Below the pieces are notes generated by a model. That model worked only from the letters and a program-made list of their open reading frames with translations. It made no database searches and was not told the origin of the DNA. A stretch of DNA of 64,000 bases, from assembly GCF_006345805.1 (NCBI RefSeq), contig NC_043001.1:120218001-120282000 (forward strand). Reading direction: 5' to 3'. A program made the position numbers and the translations under genes. This document shows, piece by piece, positions 53,843-64,000 of this stretch. Origin of the DNA: Octopus sinensis (Eukaryota). Position 1 is the stretch's first letter, and each line of letters begins with the position of its first letter.

Positions 53843-54650
53843 AATAAATAAATAAAATATATGCATATATACATACATATATGTACATACTTACATCTAC
53901 ATGTATATATACATGCATATATATATATATAATATATATATATATATAATATATATATATAAGTTAGACATGGCCTGGGCCAATACTGGCCAAAACCTTT
54001 CTAAGTTTTATATATATATAAGTACAGGACACCACAAATAAACGTAGAACACAACGAGAAACGAAAACATAAAATGAAACAAGGAAACGGACTTTTTTTA
54101 ACAACGAAAAAACAAGGAAATGGACTTTTTTTAACAACGAAAAAACAGAGTACAAGACAAACAATACAAGGAAAATTTCCCTTCATCAGCTGCCCCTGGT
54201 TCGACTCAATGCGTGTTTCGAAGGTAAGGGCAGAACACGGCCAAACCGAAGCAGTCCTTTCTGCAAAAGGAATTAAGTAAAATTCTTTTGCAGAGGGGTA
54301 AAACAACTGACAAGAACAGGACGTAAAAGCAATACAAATGAAGAAAAAACAGTAGAAAAAACAGTACAAATAAAGAATAACAGGACAGGGAACCAACAAT
54401 AAGGGCTTTTTTTAGGTATAGACGGTGGAAAAATTAGTTAGAACGCATGTGAAAAATCGGCTTGCGAAAGACAGGGAAGTCGATGTATGCTTGTTGAAGA
54501 CGAAACTGAAAGAAAATTTTAGTAGCCCTCTGGTCCACGACCAGAGAGTGGAGGAGGAGGAGGAGGAGGGGAGAGAGAGAGAGAGGGGGGGAAAGAAACC
54601 AGAAAGGGTGAAAAATAAGAAGGAGAGAGACAAGTAGAGAGGAAGACATA
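53843..54650 (-). mobile_element. PLE-type non-coding unit, same family as 33397-34430
   Basis: Shared AGTACAGGACACCACAAATAAACG...CCTTCATCAGCTGCCCCTGGTTCGACTCAATGCG; interrupted at ~53960-54003 by a CR1 3'-tail fragment. Confidence 0.55.
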
Positions 54651-54765
54651 AATGCATATATAATATATACATATATATATAATGCAGGCTAACCTCCAGT
54701 TAAAGCTAATACGGTACCCGCTAGGATTGCATGTCACTACCAACCTAATTTGGAAATTTACCTTT

Positions 54766-54849
<84 letters not shown>

Positions 54850-54852
<3 letters not shown>

Positions 54853-55605
54853 AAATTCTAAGTAAAGTGGCAGTCCTGATTAGGGCTATGTTACTATCTT
54901 TTTTAGCCCCTGGAAAACATCTTTTCCTACTGGTTACTGAGGCACAGCTGCGTCCTTATACCTCGGACAAGGGAGCTATGTCACCACTCAGCCTTAAACG
55001 ATACCTGACAATCATGGTTTCTAAGTTATTTCGCTTCATCAGCACAGGATAACCGTTGGCTAGAGATGGAAGCACTGGGCCTTGTTCGAGATATATACAT
55101 TTAAAGTGACACACAGTCACTGATCTCGTAAAGAGGAAAACAATTTTAAATCTCTGAGCGAGAAGTAAGTAGTGACAATAGTACAGAGTAAAATCTGCTT
55201 GCCAACGTAAAGCGGCAGTCCTGATTAAGACGATGTTATTACCTTTTTAGCGTCAGAGATGTAAAACTAATCACTTTCCTCTTTACGAGATCAGTAACTG
55301 TGTGTCACTTTCAGAGTATATACCTCGAAGAAGGCCTAGTGCAACCATCTCTAGCCAACGATTATCCTGTGCCGTTGAAGAGAAATAAATCAGAAACCAT
55401 AGTCTGCAGGTACCTTTAAGGCTGAATGGGGACATTATCTCCCTTGTTCAAGGTGTAAGGACGCAGTTGCGCGTCGGCAGCCAGCTGGAAAAGATGTTTT
55501 CCTGGGAAAACAGGACTGCCACTTTACGATAGCAAATAGATTTTCCTCTGTAGTACTGCTTACTTTCTTCTCGCTCAGAGATTTCAAACTAATTGTTTTC
55601 CTCTG
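54850..55605. mobile_element. older non-coding ~345-nt unit in partial tandem plus inverted copy between microsatellites
   Basis: GTAAAG.GGCAGTCCTGATT at ~54864 and ~55208; 54908-55140 is the diverged reverse complement of 55275-55506. Confidence 0.65.
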
Positions 55606-55658
<53 letters not shown>

Positions 55659-55685
55659 ATAATATATATATATATATGTATATAT

Positions 55686-55729
<44 letters not shown>

Positions 55730-56264
55730 CAGCTTTCTTTAGCCTGGAGTAACTAAGGAGTTGTATTAAGTTTCTACTTTCTTCAAACGATTCTGTTTCC
55801 ATGAAATATTTCATTTGTGGTAGAGGAAGTAATGTATTTGCCGAGGCTGTAATTGCATTCTGTCTCTCACCCACGCGAGACTCTCTTTCTCTTTTCGTTT
55901 TGTTATATTTATGTTTTGTTAAATTTCTTCTGGTTCTACTTATTCTTTTTTTTCCGGATTTCGTACGCGCGCGCGCAATTTCTCATCCACTCTCTCTTTC
56001 TTCTCTCAAATAATCGGAGAATAACTACTTTCCAGAAATGCCTGTGATTACATGAGTGTGTTCGTATATGTGTGCGTACGTGTATGTGCATGTGTGCGTG
56101 CGTGTGTGTGCTTGTGAGTGTGTGAGTGTATGTGTGGGAGAGTGTGGGTGTGTGCATGTGTGTATGTGTGTGTGTGCTGCGTGAATAATCTTGCCCTCAT
56201 CAGTGTTCGTATCATGGCAGAAACACAAGTGTTTGTGTTTCATCTCTAGTTATGAGTGTGAGCT

Positions 56265-56620
56265 TATGATATTTCATATGTATATGTGATAGTGTGCATA
56301 TGTTCACTCCAAAGATTCAAATATAGCGTTCTGGAAATGTTTTGGAAATTTTCATTGTTTCTAATCAAATGTATCGGGAAAATACCTATCACTTTTTCCA
56401 TGTCTGTTTTGCAGAACTCAATCTTATCTAGTTTTCTATGAAGGTTTCTGGTCACGTAACCTCGTGCACCTATAGAAACGAAAATAAAAATCTTTAGCCT
56501 GCACATAAGAGTTGCTGGTTTCTCTTTAACTTTGCATAGATGCTCTCCTTTTAAATTTTGAGGCGGCATTCACACCCGATGGACAAGACTATACCTGGCC
56601 AGTTGAACATACACGAAGTT
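56265..56620 (-). mobile_element. RLE-endonuclease LINE 3' fragment (R4/Dong-like)
   Basis: FVSIGARGYVTRNL..LDKI.F.K motif typical of the RLE domain C-terminus. Confidence 0.5.
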
Positions 56621-57093
56621 GCTATTTTCACTACAATGTTCAAGTAGTATTTTATTATTAAAGGTGAGAATACTTTTTGGTTCTGTTATAACCGTGATAT
56701 GGCTCTCAAGGCAGTTTTAGCAACAATCTCATGTCTCACGAGAAGGTAATTTATATGTATACACACGCACACACTCACAGACGTATGTGTAGATCTTGAA
56801 GTGTTCTCTTGATTCAGTTAGACAATATAAATTGAGTTATATAGCTGTAAATCTAGTTTATTGAGCATTTAAGCTAAGTTCCTCTTTAAATATACTTTCC
56901 TGATGTATTTCGATAAATAATCGTATCCAAACACCCTTACCACAACCAGTTCTATGCATGGCGAAGCACACAAATACTAAATCTTCACACTAGATTCCAA
57001 TTCCGTTCTTTTCTAAACAATTATCGATTTCTAGAATATCATTCTTTTGTGAGTACGAGCGTCCTTATACTTTAATTCGACTTTCTATCCACT

Positions 57094-57168
57094 ATACTCG
57101 CTGATGAAAGACGCACCCCATACTCTCTCAGATTAAACAATGTCCAGAAACAATCGCGTGTCCATGTG
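57094..57168 (+). ncRNA. fossil hammerhead motif
   Basis: CTGATGA (57101)...GAAA-CAATCGCGTG-TC; stems I and II pair only partly. Confidence 0.3.
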
Positions 57169-57999
57169 ATTAATATATATAACTATTTTGTTACTCATTG
57201 ACCTTGAATTGATGCTTTTAGTTAGTGAACACATACACAAACACACACATACACAAACACACACATACACAAACACACACATACACACACGGCCGCAAGC
57301 ACACACACACACACAAACAAACATCACACCCACTTACACATAGATACCCACACGTACATACAAATATATTCTTTTATTCTTTCATTTTTTTTTCAATCAT
57401 TTAATCTGAGAAAGAGTATGAAGTGCAACCTTCATCAACAAAAAGAGTGGGTGGAAATCTAGTACTTTCCCTGTTTGACTGTGCTTTAGATAAAGTTACC
57501 GTTTTAAAATATTTCCAAAGTCATCTCCCTTCGGCATTTTAAAGAGTAGAAACGCATTTGGTAATCCGATAGGGGGCTGCACTGGGCAGGTATGGTGTTT
57601 TTACACCTTTTTACCATAAAAGACAGTTTTTTTTTCTTCACAGTAACTGCAATGAATTTGCCATTACAAATCAAAATATATCACAAACATATTTTAACTA
57701 ACCTAAAGTTCTCTTGAATATGATAAAATAAATAAATAAATATACGTGTATGCGCGCGCCCGTGCGTGTGTCGTCTATCTTTTTTTGTTTTGTTTTACAT
57801 GTTTCAGGGATTAAAATGGTCCGCCTCGAAGAATTTTTAGTCGAATGAATCAACCTCCAGCACCTATTTTTAAAAGCCTCGTACTTATTATTCTGACGGT
57901 ATATTTTGCTGAACCGCTATGCTAAGGGGAGTAGACACACCAACACCGATTGACAAGCGGTGGTGGGGAACAAAGACAGACACAGAGACCCCTACCCGC

Positions 58000-58040
<41 letters not shown>

Positions 58041-58110
58041 CACACGCACACACACACACACACACACACATACACATATATATACACGCACACGCATACA
58101 TATACTTACA

Positions 58111-58333
58111 TACGAGGATGTGTTGAGAAATTCCTGGCTTTAAGGTTACAGCGAAAGACCTGGTTGGAGGCCCAACCTTCCAAGTTCTTTTACAGGGCTT
58201 AGGAAAATTGAAGGACCACTGTAAGGGGTGTGTGAATCTGGGAGGAGAATATGTTGAATAAAATCACAATTAACTGATCCTCCTGTATTTCCTTTCACCC
58301 AAAGCCAGGAACTTTTCAGCACCCACTCAAATA
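58111..58333 (+). mobile_element. mariner-derived MITE
   Basis: TIRs TACGAGGATGTGTTGAGAAATTCCTGGCTTT / AAAGCCAGGAACTTTTCAGCACCC; internal frame KLKDHCKGCVNLGGEYVE*, the mariner transposase C-terminus. Confidence 0.75.
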
Positions 58334-58526
58334 TATTCGACGCGTTTATTTCAGTTACCATCTACCGAATCAACTAACAAGACTTTGATCGGCTCGATAT
58401 TATAGTAGCAGGTACTTGCCCAAGGTGCCAAGCTGGGGCTGAACCCGGAACTATGTCATTAGGAAGCAAGCTTCTTACTTCACAGCCACGTCTACCAATA
58501 TGTATGTATGTTTGTATATATATATC

Positions 58527-59920
58527 CTTCCTTCTTCCCGTCTGTCTTGATAGACAATGGGTCGCGCCAAGGGCGGGGCCTACTTTGATGATGAGCAGCG
58601 TCTGCTGTGACTGAACAGTCCAATTCTAGAGTGGCAGTCCCTGGTACAGTTGCTGCACACGAACATCGATGGGTACGTGTGGGGTGTTGCTGCAGTTGTC
58701 CTCCTCCTGTCCCGCCTGTCCGACCACAGCTGTGCTCTCCTCTCCTCAGCCATGGAAACGCCTTTCCTCACTGTCCGACGCCAGGCAGAGCGGTCAGCAG
58801 CTGCTTCCTCCCACGTGTCCACACAGATGTTGGCAGTCCTCAGGTCGCGCTTGCACACATCCCTGTATCGTAGCTGTGGACGTCCCTTGGGTCGGGATCC
58901 CGTGGTGAGTTCGCTGTACAGGATGTCTTTAGGCATGCGACAGTCCTGCATGCGGCAGACGTGTCCGAGCCAGCGAAGTCGTCTCCGCACGAGGAGGGCA
59001 TGCATGCTTGGCATATTAGTCTGTTCTAGGATGACTCCGTTTGGTACTCGGTCCTTCCAGGAGATGCCAAGGATCCGTCGAAGACACCGCATGTGGAAGC
59101 CGCTGAGGCGGCATTCTTGCCGGGTGTATGTTGTCCAGCTCTCGCTGCCGTAGAGTAGGGTGCTCAGCACGCAGGCTCGGATCTTGGTGGTTATTGTGAG
59201 CATGTTGTTTTCCCACACTCTCCTGGAGAGCTTAGCCATGGCAGCAGCAGCCTTCCCAATCCGTCTGTTCAGCTCCGGCTCGAGGGACAGGCTGCTGGAG
59301 ACCGTCGATCCCAGGTAAGTGAACTCGTTCACTACCTGCAAGCTGTGGTCGCCGACACTGATGCTGGGGACCCCTCCGACGTCCTGGCCCATGATCTCTG
59401 TCTTTTTCAGGCCGATGGTAAGGCCGAACTCTTGGCAGGCATCCGCCAGGGATCTGACCAGCCTCTGGAGACCCGGCTGGTTGTGTGATGTTAGGGCGGC
59501 ATCGTTAGCAAAGAGGATCTCTCTGATCAGCACCTGACGGACTTTGGTCTTAGCTCTGAGGCGCGCAAGATTGAACAATCCACCATCAGCCCTGGTGTGG
59601 AGGAACACTCCGTTGTCGGACGTTCTGAAGGCATAGGACAGGACAAGGGAGAAGAAAATTCCGAAGAGCGTCGGCGCCAGAACACAACCCTATTTCACTC
59701 CACTCTGGATGGGGAACGACTCCGAGGGCGATCCGTCAAACTGCACTGTTCCCTGCATACCGTCGTGAAAGGAGGTGATGGGTTTCAGAGTCGTTCCCCA
59801 TCCAGAGTGGAGTGAAACAGGGTTGCGTTCTGGCGCCGACGCTCTTCGGAATTTTCTTCTCCCTTGTCCTGTCCTATGCCTTCAGAACGTCCGACGACGG
59901 AGTGTTCCTCCACACCAGGG
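58527..59920 (-). mobile_element. RTE-clade LINE, 5'-truncated, with fold-back duplication at its 5' junction
   Basis: Open frame covers RT motifs and the C-terminal zinc motif; short 3'UTR and (GAA/GGAA) tail; 133-bp inverted repeat 59590-59722/59788-59920. Confidence 0.92.
58580..59608 (-). CDS. RTE reverse transcriptase C-terminal half (partial, no APE; the frame extends upstream to ~59780)
   Basis: GVK.GCVLAPTLF upstream, LFANDAAL (catalytic ADD appears as AND), GLTIGLKKT, FTYLGS, LLYGSESW, RLRWLGHV.RM..RMPK.ILY.EL..G.RP.GRP.LRY.D, C..C.RDCHSRIGLFSHSRRC. Confidence 0.85.
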   Translation of the reverse strand: MFLHTRADGGLFNLARLRAKTKVRQVLIREILFANDAALTSHNQPGLQRLVRSLADACQEFGLTIGLKKTEIMGQDVGGVPSISVGDHSLQVVNEFTYLGSTVSSSLSLEPELNRRIGKAAAAMAKLSRRVWENNMLTITTKIRACVLSTLLYGSESWTTYTRQECRLSGFHMRCLRRILGISWKDRVPNGVILEQTNMPSMHALLVRRRLRWLGHVCRMQDCRMPKDILYSELTTGSRPKGRPQLRYRDVCKRDLRTANICVDTWEEAAADRSAWRRTVRKGVSMAEERRAQLWSDRRDRRRTTAATPHTYPSMFVCSNCTRDCHSRIGLFSHSRRCSSSK

Positions 59921-59929
59921 ATCTTATAT

Positions 59930-60290
59930 TCAGTTCCATTGTGTGGCACCTTCGGAAAGGGTCTTTCGTTATAGCGCCGGGCCGACTGAAGCCTTTTGAT
60001 TGGACTTAATAGGCGGAAACTGAAAGAAGCCAATAGCATGTATGCATGTATGTATGCATGTATGTATGTATGTATGTATGTATGTATGTATGTATGTATG
60101 TATGTATGTATGTATGTATGTATGTATGCATGCAGGTATCTATGCGCGTAATTGTCTCACACCACTGTTTGACAACCGGTTTTAGTCTGTCTACATCCCC
60201 CTAAAGTAGCGGTTTGGTATAAATTAACGGATAGAATAAGTACTTAGTATAAAAATAAGTACTTGGGTCGATGACTTCGATTAAACAATA
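59930..60290 (+). mobile_element. degraded SINE of the 16515-16915 family with (TATG)n core
   Basis: GTGGCACCTT..GGGCCGAC..AAGCCTT..GGAAACTGAAAGAAGCC and tail GATAGAATAAGTACT. Confidence 0.6.
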
Positions 60291-60531
60291 ACCGAAAAAA
60301 GGAAAAAATTTATGGTAAAAGCTAAAAGATACATATGAAATAGAAAAACCGGTAGGAAGAGAAAGCCAGATAGGAAATGTGAACGACAGGTGTACGAGTA
60401 TGTTGAATCTCCTCTAAATTTATCCTCCGAGACTATAAAGGTCAACCTACTATATCTCCACCCCTCTATTTTCGCTCTTCCGCTGTATTTCGGTGTCTGC
60501 TTATCTGTCTCTCTCCCCCCACTCTCTCCCT

Positions 60532-60567
<36 letters not shown>

Positions 60568-61716
60568 CTCATACACACACTCACATTCATTCACACCCGC
60601 TATATTAAAACTCCAACAGAAATACGAGTAGACTCGGATTGTTCCAAAGCTGAGGTCTAAAACGTTTTCAGATGTTTTGATGCTAAGCGTGTTATTTTTT
60701 ACTGTATAAATACATACGTACACGCATGCATGCATACATACATACATACATGCATGCATACATACATACATACATACATACATACATACATAGATGCATA
60801 CATACATACATACATACATACATACATACATAAATACATACATACATACATACATACATACATACATACACACATGTACATATGTCTGTAAGTATGAAAT
60901 CTCGGAGCGGATAAATGTAAATATATCTTCCTATTTCTTTTGCTGTCAGCAGGTAGGCGTGCTTGTACATAAATAGATATCTAGTCTGCATGGCAAGTAT
61001 GTTACTATGCGGATGTCCGGTTGTGTTAATGGGCGTCAGTTCCAGATCTATGTTAAGCCCCTGGCAAGCCAAGTTTCCAATGCTGCTTCGATTCCTACTT
61101 GAACTATTTCACATTACTTTCATTGAATTTTGCAATTATCAGCCACATATACTATCCTGAAGCGTATGAGCATTTGCAATTCTCAAGCTGAAAATCAATT
61201 CTGTTATGTTGTTAATTAAACATAAATTTCAGACAAATGCCAAATTTGGCGAATTCGGATTAACCGATATTATGCTTGGGTCTGAAAAACACGTATATTA
61301 GGAGTGCAGTGTAAACATTATCTAACGTAAGTGAGTGTTATAATACTTATAAGTATAAACGTAAACAACAGTAGGCGCTTTGGAAAACAGATTCTGAATG
61401 AAATGAATTTTGTAGCTGTTCTTACATTTACTGAATGAAAGTAAGAGCAGCAATTGGTGGTGTTATTTACTCGCCTATTGGTGTTGTTATTTGACCTCCG
61501 ATCAGAACAAGCAGGCATATAATAAAAAAGCAAAATTTGCCGTGATAGATTTCAGTTCGTCCTAATTGCATTTCTATATGGCAGTTTAAATTGTTCTACA
61601 CTAATATATTAATATATAAATTGCACTACACAAATAGATAAACAGTAGTACATAAATATATCAATAGATAAATTGTACTACATAAATACATCAACCCATA
61701 AATTGTACTGCATAAA

Positions 61717-61762
<46 letters not shown>

Positions 61763-61887
61763 TGAGAAAGTTGGTTTGAGAAAGCACGTGGTTGAAATTT
61801 ATAACATTCTTCAGACATATTGACTCAAATATATATTTTTTAACCTTTTAAAACAAGCCTTCTGTAGTTTTTTCACTTTTTACTATT

Positions 61888-61935
<48 letters not shown>

Positions 61936-61936
61936 T

Positions 61937-62320
61937 TACTTAGATAAACTTAGATATGTTTCGACCAAAGATTGGTCCAGGCCATGTCTAACTTAACAGC
62001 ACCACCTGATAGGATTATCTAAATCCTGTTTAAGTTAAGTTTTGTTTATGGTCCGTTAAAGTAGTGAGTGAGTTGTATCCAGGCATGGGTGGCTTATCCG
62101 GTATTCCTTGAAGAAATCTGTCCAGACTCCGTTTAAAGTTGATGGGATCCTTTTCCCTTTTGATCTCTTTCGGGACAATGTTAAACAGGGCAGGGCCCGT
62201 TGAGGAAAAGAAATTATGTTGCAGTGTACCTATATACTCTGATCCTGAATTGGGCAGGGGACTATGGCCCGTGGTCCCAGTCTTGGATGAACCTTGAAAC
62301 TAATGTTCAGGTCGTTAAGG
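61937..62320 (-). mobile_element. CR1-clade LINE 3' end
   Basis: Minus frame FKVHPRLG..HNFFSSTGPALFNIVPKEIK..FKRSLDRFLQGIPDKP..PGY; short (ATCTAAGT)-like tail. Confidence 0.75.
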
Positions 62321-63249
62321 AATGAAGGTATTAACACATTGATATTCCGTTATGATCGTTTCTGTAGCAAGTGGTGTAGCTAAATCATTCAAGAAGCTAA
62401 AACAAATTTAATCAATGTTAATGTTAAATGAAACCCAACCCGTTTTTTCATCAAACTGTCAAGCGATGAACTCTGCTTCCACATGGGCAGTCACAGTTTC
62501 ATGCACCATCAGAGGAAGATATTTACAATGTCATAGCAAAGAAATAAGCTGACATGCCGAGAGAGAGGTCGGGAGTGAATAAGTAGATTACGCCGAGAGT
62601 AAACGTAGCATGTATACCACTAGATAAAATCAATTGCGACACTAATGTCAAGAGTTTAAGAGAAATAAACTATAGGCAATATATGGACAATATGGTGATT
62701 TGTTCAAGCAAGGGGGTATGTACACAAATTTGGGTATCAATAAATACATTGACATTCACAGAGAGGTTACAACAAGAGCATATGTGTGTCAAGAGAAACA
62801 CATAAAAATAAGGATGACAAGAGTGGGAAGAACGAAGAGAATGTGAGAGAGAAAAAAATGTAGAATAATGTAAGAAGAGAATTATGAAGAATAAAAATTT
62901 GACGTATAATTAAAAGGGGCTGATTAACATTCATAAATTACCAAGTGAAATCACAGGCAAAGTGTAATATAATAATATTATATTGTTGTAAAATGAAAAT
63001 AGAATAAGAAACTAATAAGATTATTACAATATACTGAACCAATAAATACTTATACTACAAAATTTTATACTGAAATAGGAAATATTAAGATAAGTAGATG
63101 ATTCAATATTCAAGAAAGTGGCTGATACCTATAAAAAGGATGAAAGGGAACATAGAAAAGAATGATTGTAACACAGTGAGAATTGAAATGCAACCGAGAG
63201 AAATATTAATCGAATTTCAAAATTTCCTATAATATATATATGAATTAGC

Positions 63250-64000
63250 TAAATGGAATATTTAAAAAAGATTTTGTTAACTTGGCGTAAACAATTGGTG
63301 TAAATAATGTTTATTTATTTGACTAGACTTACGCCTTAGGATATCAAACTCCCATATGCAACATAAATTACTAGTGCTTGCTTCCTTTATATGGAAGTGT
63401 TATTGGTACAATTAGCCACAACATAGGGTAATCAATATTTCTGTCTTTAAGGTCCGAAATAACTTCGATATTGAGGGATTACTTAATTTGCATCTATTAT
63501 TGGAAGAACGTACGTGAATGCTCCCACTCGATTTGAATTCTGATGCTATAGCCTCAATATTGCAATATACTTTAGCGGGTGTCTGAGCGAAACATTTTCC
63601 TGCTATATTTGGCCGGAGGCATTAGTCACTCAAAGGACAATATATCAATGTTACAGCTAAACATACCATTAGGTTTACTCGGTAGCGAACAATTATTGTT
63701 ACTAAAGCGATTATTATAAAGAGATACAAAACCAACAATAATATTTGTGTTAGATCGAGATGTATTATTAAGGGAGGACCTAGAGTCAGTCGGACAACTT
63801 AGGATAATTAGACTCATGCAGGCAATTCCAACTATTGCATATCATTTTGTGGCTGAATATGTGAATTTAACGGCGTAGTTACTGAATTATTTACAATATT
63901 TATTTCGAGGGAGGTTGTGTTCCAATGTCCCGTAAAAGATTGCTGCATTAACTGTGGCCATAAGAAGTCCGAAGAGGGGGATTTAGAATATAAAATATTC
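63250..64000 (-). pseudogene. Penelope-like element linker plus GIY-YIG remnant (same type as 48.5-51.8 kb), runs off the window end
   Basis: Broken minus frames NKYCK.F..VKFTYSAT, FSCN..CPLS..CL.PN, DLKDRNIDYP.LW.I..PYKG. Confidence 0.55.

Noticed and set aside
57500-57720. CAG|GTATGG ... TTTTTCTTCACAG mini-intron
   Set aside because: Joining gives an immediate stop, and there is no convincing upstream acceptor.

Overview
AT-rich eukaryotic genomic DNA saturated with microsatellites ((TA)n, (TATG)n, (GATA)n, (CA)n, (AAT)n). The repeat types look like a coleoid cephalopod (Octopus-like) genome; this is an inference, not a database match. Nearly all entries in the ORF track are microsatellite artefacts. 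Mobile elements: tRNA-derived SINEs, RTE, CR1, R4/Dong-like and L1/Tx1-like LINE remnants (one RTE keeps a 342-codon open RT C-terminal frame), mariner- and piggyBac-type MITEs, and four Penelope-like (PLE) RT/GIY-YIG relics of at least three types. A few splice-bounded candidate exons suggest a + strand host gene. The most notable signal is a set of unrelated, non-coding ~345-530 nt units. Most carry a type-I hammerhead ribozyme fold, and they occur as partial tandem copies, usually with an inverted fold-back and one end in (TA)n (loci at 8.3, 14.6, 35.8 and 54.9 kb, plus a hammerhead-bearing fold-back at 20.5 kb). This resembles a PLE-mobilised, retrozyme-like system. All structures were drawn by eye and none were computed. 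Repeat boundaries are approximate.
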